Virus record (IMG/VR): IMGVR_UViG_3300037067_016944
Source: an uncultured virus (IMG/VR IMGVR_UViG_3300037067_016944)
Lineage: Duplodnaviria; Heunggongvirae; Uroviricota; Caudoviricetes
Length of the DNA stretch: 64,000 bases
Direction: 5' to 3' (one strand)
Within the stretch, counting starts at the first letter, position 1. Each line of letters opens with the position of its first letter. Shown piece after piece: positions 58,669 through 64,000 of this stretch. A program made the position numbers and the translations under genes. A model generated the notes under the pieces. The model had not been told where the DNA came from. It made no database searches and was given only the letters and a program-made list of their open reading frames with translations.

Positions 58669-58811
58669 TATTGTCTCTTGATGTCGATGATGAATGTATT
58701 GCTGCACTTGCGACATCGGACACCACGGCCAGTCAGTTTAGGTAATATCCAATACCCGACACGACAATGCGGGCAACGAATGTAAACCTTGTCGTAAGTG
58801 CGTTTTCCCAT
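58668..58811 (-). CDS. small zinc-ribbon protein (47 aa, not in ORF track)
   Basis: IRCPHC..Y......G..VRCRKC..TF; leaderless after promoter 58817. Confidence 0.7.
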   Translation of the reverse strand: MGKRTYDKVYIRCPHCRVGYWILPKLTGRGVRCRKCSNTFIIDIKRQ

Positions 58812-58875
58812 AGTTCATTATAGCACGATGATACATAACTATTAACTGCACGGTATAGCCGTGCTATAATGAACT

Positions 58876-61800
58876 ATGGAACAAGGATATTATAGATTGA
58901 TTGAGCGTATCGACGAATCCGAAGACCGCGATGGCAACCGGTGTGAGGTCGGAAGCCTATGGTATTTGTCGGAGATCGAGGGAGACGAAGTAACGCTAAT
59001 CCAGGGTGAGCACACTTGGACATTTTCACTTGACACTTTCTTGGACCATTTTGCCTATGCTCCGGAGGGGATTAGAGAGCGACAAGATGAGCTTGCCGAT
59101 CTCATGTCGAGTTTGCATGCAGTCGGCGACCGCCAAGACAACCTCATCGAGTCGGCTTCGACGCCGAAATTATTAGCCGATAATACTCGGCCAGCCCAAA
59201 GACAACCGACCAGCACTGACCTCGTTGCGATGGCGAGCCGCACGAACCCGGCTATCGCCGCCAAGAATCTCAAGCGAGTGAAGACGGCGTTCGCAGTCAC
59301 GAAGAATCAGATAGCGAAGCGTCATTCAGCATTGCAGACACTCATCCAAGAGCAAGCATTGATTCTGAAAGCGAAAACGGCCATTCTGACAAGGCAGATT
59401 GAAATGGCACAGGAAGCCATTTACATGATTAATGTCTATCTTGGTCAGGATGAAGAGATTGTCCGGATCAAATCAGGTGAACCGGCATCAGAAGACGAGA
59501 AGATTGTTATTCGGCAGCAAGTTCTGTTCATGGATGAAGAATCGGCGGTAGCTGCAGATTTTGCAAAACGCGGTGGTCTCGATTTCAAAGCGGTCGAAGA
59601 GTTTGATACATGGGTTAGCGACCCAGAGCATCTAAAACAAGTTCTTCCTGAGGTTAGGGGCGTCGTCGCGATCAAGCCGCGTCGTAATCCGAAGTTCTAC
59701 GACGACAATCCGTTCGTCAATTCGGAGCTAAACCGGCAAAACAAGTGCCTCTATATCCTGATTCGAAACGGTGAGAACTTATACCGAATCCACACAACGT
59801 TATGGGTCGATGAAGTGTTCTTGCCGAGAAAAGACGAATTCGAACACTTCTTCTATGAGTCGCACACCGATTGGGATACGCACGATAAGGTGAAGAAGCC
59901 GTTGACACCGGGTTCTGCAAAATATATGCAGGCCATGGATAAGGCGGAAGCGAAGAAGCGTCGTTTCTATACCGTCCTTATCATGATCCAAGGTCTGCTT
60001 GATCGAACGAAGGTGTTTCATCCGCTTCCAATCAACGAGCCGATTAACGTCTGCAATTTGGAAGGGCAGAAGCATGTAACGCTTCGATACGATGCTGAGA
60101 ATCTGCTTGGAACGGGACGACCCGACTTCGACAAATGGTTGAATGTTGTGAATGGTGAGTTGGAGGTCGGCTGCAGAATCATAGGCGAATTTGAGGGCTA
60201 TTACGCTGGTAGACGTGATCTGAATGAACGGCAAGGTACCAAACATGCATATAGGCCGTCAAGCGACGAAATTCACATCATCGACAGAAAGGTCGATGAA
60301 AGAAGTTTCAGGTTCCTCTATAAATCGGACCATAACAGTTGGAAAGGTCGAGATCAATCTGCGCCGCGTGTGAGCTATCTGATCTACAAGGCCGACGATT
60401 TCATCATCAACATCGATAGCGTTACTGTTGCCGATATCGAGTTTTATATTCGGTCGCGGACGAATCGGCATCATTACCTCAACATGATTCCGCTGCTCAA
60501 GGTCGCGCTCGCGATTAAAAAGAAGGAAGCAGAAGAAGAAGCTCCATTTCGTCAATTGCTGATCGGCATCATTGCAGGAAAGCACGATGTCTCATTCGCA
60601 AGAGCCGAGCGGAGCGTTGATGCATTGATCAAATGGTGGAAATTCAAGACACGAGAGCATCGGGCATTGCTGTCCGAAGACGCTAAAGCGTTGCGAATGA
60701 TTGTGGCCGAGTTTGGTCGTCGGAAATTGCTCGACAATGATGCATTGACTGAAGCGCATGAACAAGCGGTAGAAAAACTTCTAGACGACAGGACTCTTGC
60801 GGTTTTCTATCGACCAGACAAAAGCTATGCAGTTCTACGGTGCGAGAACTCCGAGAACGTTTGGATCCGAGAAGAGATCTGGAAATTGTGTGCCGATACG
60901 CAGCTTGGATCGGTTCTTGCATCCACAAACGGCGAGAACATCATACGATTTGATTGTGGTGTGTTTGTGCGTCGCGCGTCCATGAAAGAATGGACTGTCG
61001 TCGACAAACGCCATGAGAGTTGGCAGTTGGTGTGGAGCCATACGCGATGGAATGAATGGTTAATCGGTGCACGATCACAAGAACATCTGACCGATGCAGA
61101 GCGGAAGCAAGCTGCTGATTACGCATTGGCAGAATTGGCTGATGTGGCCGCAAATCCACCTGAATGGTCAGAGTTTCTTGATGGAAGACGCGAGCATGGT
61201 CGTAGGCCGTGGCTAAAGCCGCTTGCGGTAACTGCCGATCCAAAGGACGAGAGTGTCTGTCTCTATTACCTACAATATCATGCTTCGATGACGAAGAAGC
61301 TGATGACAGGCCGTGTCGAAAGCCCGGAATGTGCAACAATTCGTGTCAGATGGGAAAAGAAGCAAGATGAATTGCATTTCAGGTTATCTGGCTGTCGCGG
61401 TATTGCTATGAAATCAGACGATCTGGTTTGGAGAAATCAAACCGTCGTTACCATCTTCGAAGACAGCATCACTTCGTTCGTGGCAGAGGAACAGAAAGCT
61501 GAAAAGGCGAAGAAAAAGGAACGGCTGATGAGAAGGCCGATCCATGCTATAGAACAAAAAGCGTATGAGTTGATCAGAGCAGCTTGGTATGAAGAGCAAC
61601 GTACCAAATTCCTCGAAGATTACGTTGATGACGACGGCGACCTGTGGGAAGATCACAAAGAAGATCTGTCGGTGCCAAGTAATCTCTGGCCTAGATGGAT
61701 CGAGAATATGGTTGGTTACGTCATCGAACGCGGTGTCGATATCAACGGCTGGACGATTAACAAGCTGTATTATCACGCCAATCAATATGGATGTAGTGTG

Positions 61801-61893
61801 AAGGTCGAAGAGATCGAGTATTACGAGAAAGTAAAAGACATGGAGGTCGAATACGTACCTGCCACGGAAGATGACGACGACGAAGACTACTAA
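58876..61893 (+). CDS. large hypothetical protein with N-terminal coiled coil
   Basis: 1005 aa ORF, leaderless after promoter 58859. Confidence 0.85.
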   Translation: MEQGYYRLIERIDESEDRDGNRCEVGSLWYLSEIEGDEVTLIQGEHTWTFSLDTFLDHFAYAPEGIRERQDELADLMSSLHAVGDRQDNLIESASTPKLLADNTRPAQRQPTSTDLVAMASRTNPAIAAKNLKRVKTAFAVTKNQIAKRHSALQTLIQEQALILKAKTAILTRQIEMAQEAIYMINVYLGQDEEIVRIKSGEPASEDEKIVIRQQVLFMDEESAVAADFAKRGGLDFKAVEEFDTWVSDPEHLKQVLPEVRGVVAIKPRRNPKFYDDNPFVNSELNRQNKCLYILIRNGENLYRIHTTLWVDEVFLPRKDEFEHFFYESHTDWDTHDKVKKPLTPGSAKYMQAMDKAEAKKRRFYTVLIMIQGLLDRTKVFHPLPINEPINVCNLEGQKHVTLRYDAENLLGTGRPDFDKWLNVVNGELEVGCRIIGEFEGYYAGRRDLNERQGTKHAYRPSSDEIHIIDRKVDERSFRFLYKSDHNSWKGRDQSAPRVSYLIYKADDFIINIDSVTVADIEFYIRSRTNRHHYLNMIPLLKVALAIKKKEAEEEAPFRQLLIGIIAGKHDVSFARAERSVDALIKWWKFKTREHRALLSEDAKALRMIVAEFGRRKLLDNDALTEAHEQAVEKLLDDRTLAVFYRPDKSYAVLRCENSENVWIREEIWKLCADTQLGSVLASTNGENIIRFDCGVFVRRASMKEWTVVDKRHESWQLVWSHTRWNEWLIGARSQEHLTDAERKQAADYALAELADVAANPPEWSEFLDGRREHGRRPWLKPLAVTADPKDESVCLYYLQYHASMTKKLMTGRVESPECATIRVRWEKKQDELHFRLSGCRGIAMKSDDLVWRNQTVVTIFEDSITSFVAEEQKAEKAKKKERLMRRPIHAIEQKAYELIRAAWYEEQRTKFLEDYVDDDGDLWEDHKEDLSVPSNLWPRWIENMVGYVIERGVDINGWTINKLYYHANQYGCSVKVEEIEYYEKVKDMEVEYVPATEDDDDEDY

Positions 61894-61905
61894 TTTGGAG
61901 CTACG

Positions 61906-62418
61906 ATGACGAAGATTATCAATGGCTGCGCAATCGTTTCGCAGTACACTCAGAACCGTATGTCACCGCGACCTGAATACTATTCTGGTCGAGGGGCTGT
62001 CAGGTCAGATCTCAATTCCGATCTATTGGAATTGATCTACGCAGGAATCAAACAAGAGGTCGGTGACGAGGCAGCCGCCAACTTCGTCCAATTTGTTTGT
62101 GATTTCGACAAACTGGCGGCTACGACGTTTCTCAACGAATTCTACACATTTTGTGATTGCGGCTGTGTTTACGTACCACGAAAGCACTCGGTCATCGATG
62201 AACTGGACCCAGGACCAGACAACGGCTCTCGCGATGCTGTCGGTATAGGTATGATGATGTCCGCTATTAGCGGAATGATGGACAGAGACGAAACAGAATC
62301 TATCCGCAATGCATTCTTAGCACGGCATCGTGGCGAATTCAAGCCATGTCCAGGTCGCATGAGCAAACATATGTTTGTTAGCTCAAACGGCGACGTTTAT
62401 TTCGATGGTGGCTATTAA
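61906..62418 (+). CDS. hypothetical protein
   Basis: GGAG SD. Confidence 0.7.
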   Translation: MTKIINGCAIVSQYTQNRMSPRPEYYSGRGAVRSDLNSDLLELIYAGIKQEVGDEAAANFVQFVCDFDKLAATTFLNEFYTFCDCGCVYVPRKHSVIDELDPGPDNGSRDAVGIGMMMSAISGMMDRDETESIRNAFLARHRGEFKPCPGRMSKHMFVSSNGDVYFDGGY

Positions 62419-63170
62419 GCGGCAGCTTTTAGCGATTGGAAAATCTGAGTCAGCGGCCTAGTATCCAGTTGCCTAAAGCTTGGCACCCTTTTTGCTGGTG
62501 CTGTCCACACATTAGCTAAAGTGCGGAAATGCGCTTCATCGTGTAGAATCATCACGTAGCGAGTGATTAGACTATCGGTTGGCGTGAAATCGCCACGCAA
62601 GACGACGCATAGCTTCTCGATTGGTGTCCCACGGTCATATACGACAGTCATGCCATGTCCTGGATAGATCTGATAGACTTTACCTGAATTGGCACGGACA
62701 GACACGAAACCATTTCGTAAGAATCGTTGGAATCCATCGTCGCCTAGTATCTTTCGGAGAGTCTGACGGGCTCTCATTTCTCGCTCTTCGGCAGCAGCTT
62801 TAATTGGGGTGCGAGAGGTGATGAAGAGCGGAGCTTGGCGAGATTGGAGAATCTGGCGGAATCGGTCGCTCAGAGGGATCGGCGGTGCCATCGGCTCCGC
62901 TGACCACGTATTGTATCCGCCCCAACCACTCTTCCAAATGTAGTTATAGCAGGAAGTATTATTGATGTTATCTTCCAAAGATGTTGTTGTAGCATATGAC
63001 GCACGATACGCCTTATAGCTGTGAGCAATAGCCATACAATCCATGATCTTTTTGATGTGGAGTTTGTTGCCGTTGCCGTCGTTGTAGATGATGCTCTTTG
63101 TTGGGTACATCAGCGATGCATAAGTATGCGGATCGTAAGTTATTGTACCAGACGCTTGACTATAATACAT
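62415..63170 (-). CDS. conserved hypothetical protein
   Basis: Start re-called at MYYSQ; RA...L...L..F...GF..V...SG..Y.I...LC...P.D.......DE..F...AN. Confidence 0.7.
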   Translation of the reverse strand: MYYSQASGTITYDPHTYASLMYPTKSIIYNDGNGNKLHIKKIMDCMAIAHSYKAYRASYATTTSLEDNINNTSCYNYIWKSGWGGYNTWSAEPMAPPIPLSDRFRQILQSRQAPLFITSRTPIKAAAEEREMRARQTLRKILGDDGFQRFLRNGFVSVRANSGKVYQIYPGHGMTVVYDRGTPIEKLCVVLRGDFTPTDSLITRYVMILHDEAHFRTLANVWTAPAKRVPSFRQLDTRPLTQIFQSLKAAA

Positions 63171-63171
63171 A

Positions 63172-63522
63172 TCAACCTCCTGCATGAAGCTGCTGTCCGG
63201 GTAGGAATATGACCTGTTCGGCCATCGGGTCGAATTCGTCCATCTTCTTCGATGTAGCCTTGCCACCGGTGCCGACGTGATATGGTTGCGAGCCTTGTTT
63301 CTTCAAATCATCAAACATTTCTTTAGCTGCTCTGATCTCGGCTAAACTGTCTGAATTCCAAACGACGCGCTTATCGCCATCTTTTGGATTTATGATATGA
63401 AACATGCCGTGTTTAGGTGGCGGAACCGCTCCGTCCAACACGTGCAACGGCTTCGGAATAGCGACTGGTACCGTTAAGGTACACCCTTGAAATATAGGGA
63501 CATCCACGAAATCAGTAGTCAT
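63172..63522 (-). CDS. small conserved protein ending in Gly-Gly
   Basis: GD...W.....I.AA..MFD.L...G...Y.V...FDP.AE.VI..P...GG. Confidence 0.75.
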   Translation of the reverse strand: MTTDFVDVPIFQGCTLTVPVAIPKPLHVLDGAVPPPKHGMFHIINPKDGDKRVVWNSDSLAEIRAAKEMFDDLKKQGSQPYHVGTGGKATSKKMDEFDPMAEQVIFLPGQQLHAGG

Positions 63523-63941
63523 GTTCTAGCTCTCCCTAGAAATCTGTCCGTCCAAGACTCGCGTATAATCGTTTCTGCTGTATCGAAAGGTGCGGCAATA
63601 AGATCTCGCTCGTCCTTAATAACAGCACCTTCTCTTTCTTTCTTGTAGTCCTTGTCCTTGACAATCTTTTGCATACATCTGGTGCGTGGCGTTTCAGACC
63701 AAGCAGCGATCGTAGGGCATAACTCTTCTTGAGACTTGCCGTTATATCTGCCAGATTCAGCAACTTGACCATCAATAATTGCGCGTTGATGCTCGTGTTT
63801 GCATTTTGGGCAAATTATTGTTACGATCCGGCTGATAGAGACATCGAGTTTGACGAGGATGAATCCGCCGCAGCCGCCGCCACTAACGGGACAATGGATT
63901 TCTTGCCAGATTTTTGGTTTTGGTTGCTCCAGCTCCATCAC
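63519..63941 (-). CDS. zinc-ribbon protein
   Basis: CP....GC and CPKCKHEH. Confidence 0.65.
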   Translation of the reverse strand: MMELEQPKPKIWQEIHCPVSGGGCGGFILVKLDVSISRIVTIICPKCKHEHQRAIIDGQVAESGRYNGKSQEELCPTIAAWSETPRTRCMQKIVKDKDYKKEREGAVIKDERDLIAAPFDTAETIIRESWTDRFLGRART

Positions 63942-64000
63942 TTCTTCCCCGTAGTGAATTCATGGAGCGCCTTAAACGTGTCGCTCATTACGATCTTGGC

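Larger units (their letters stand above)
7824..58870. promoter_or_regulatory. dispersed phage promoter family TTAAYA-N17-TATAAY with (T)CGTGC extended -10, about 38 copies
   Basis: 12-mer TCGTGCTATAAY or close variant. Minus strand near 7824, 9729, 14609, 21489, 24312, 25686, 26273, 27088, 28083, 29053, 34371, 34890, 36418, 37742, 38103, 39846, 40239, 40614, 41418, 41894, 42786, 44268, 49431, 53029, 55245, 58817. Plus strand near 17361, 29151, 29401, 31631, 32606, 44337, 44784, 45074, 45609, 49500, 55891, 58859. Copies lie upstream of re-called gene or RNA starts and point into them. Confidence 0.9.

Noticed and set aside
62943..62954. GTTATAGCAGGA as another promoter copy
   Set aside because: Inside a CDS, mismatched extended -10 and no TTAA at the right spacing
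1..64000. Stop-codon reassignment
   Set aside because: Long conserved genes are intact in code 11, and TAA, TAG and TGA all end genes at sensible positions

Overview
This looks like a 64 kb segment of a large (jumbo-type) dsDNA bacteriophage genome in standard genetic code. It is densely packed with short genes, mostly of unknown function, and I recognise no structural genes. Recognisable genes are an NAD-dependent DNA ligase, an SF2 helicase, a Pol-beta/RlaP-like nucleotidyltransferase, NADAR, SLOG/DUF2493, DUF4031, a JAB/MPN protein, four HNH endonucleases, a sigma-70-like protein, a GHKL ATPase, a Ycf46-like AAA+ ATPase with DUF1257/DUF2997 partners (weak hint of a Planctomycetota host), tRNA-Leu(UAA) and a Ro60/TROVE gene. 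About 38 hand-counted copies of one promoter (TTAAYA-N17-TATAAY with a CGTGC extended -10) divide the region into small gene cassettes. The most striking signals are four. (1) Three Y-RNA-like genes lie upstream of Ro60; two are circularly permuted tRNA mimics, and all three carry an anticodon-like stem-loop with a different triplet (ACG, UGA, GCU). (2) The AAA+ ATPase has its Walker B block placed before Walker A. (3) A promoter-driven tRNA-shaped RNA has enlarged, mutually complementary anticodon and T loops. (4) A non-coding island at 16.8-18.4 kb holds tandem repeats, a structured RNA and a 129 bp direct repeat. All family assignments come from motif recognition by eye, not from database searches.
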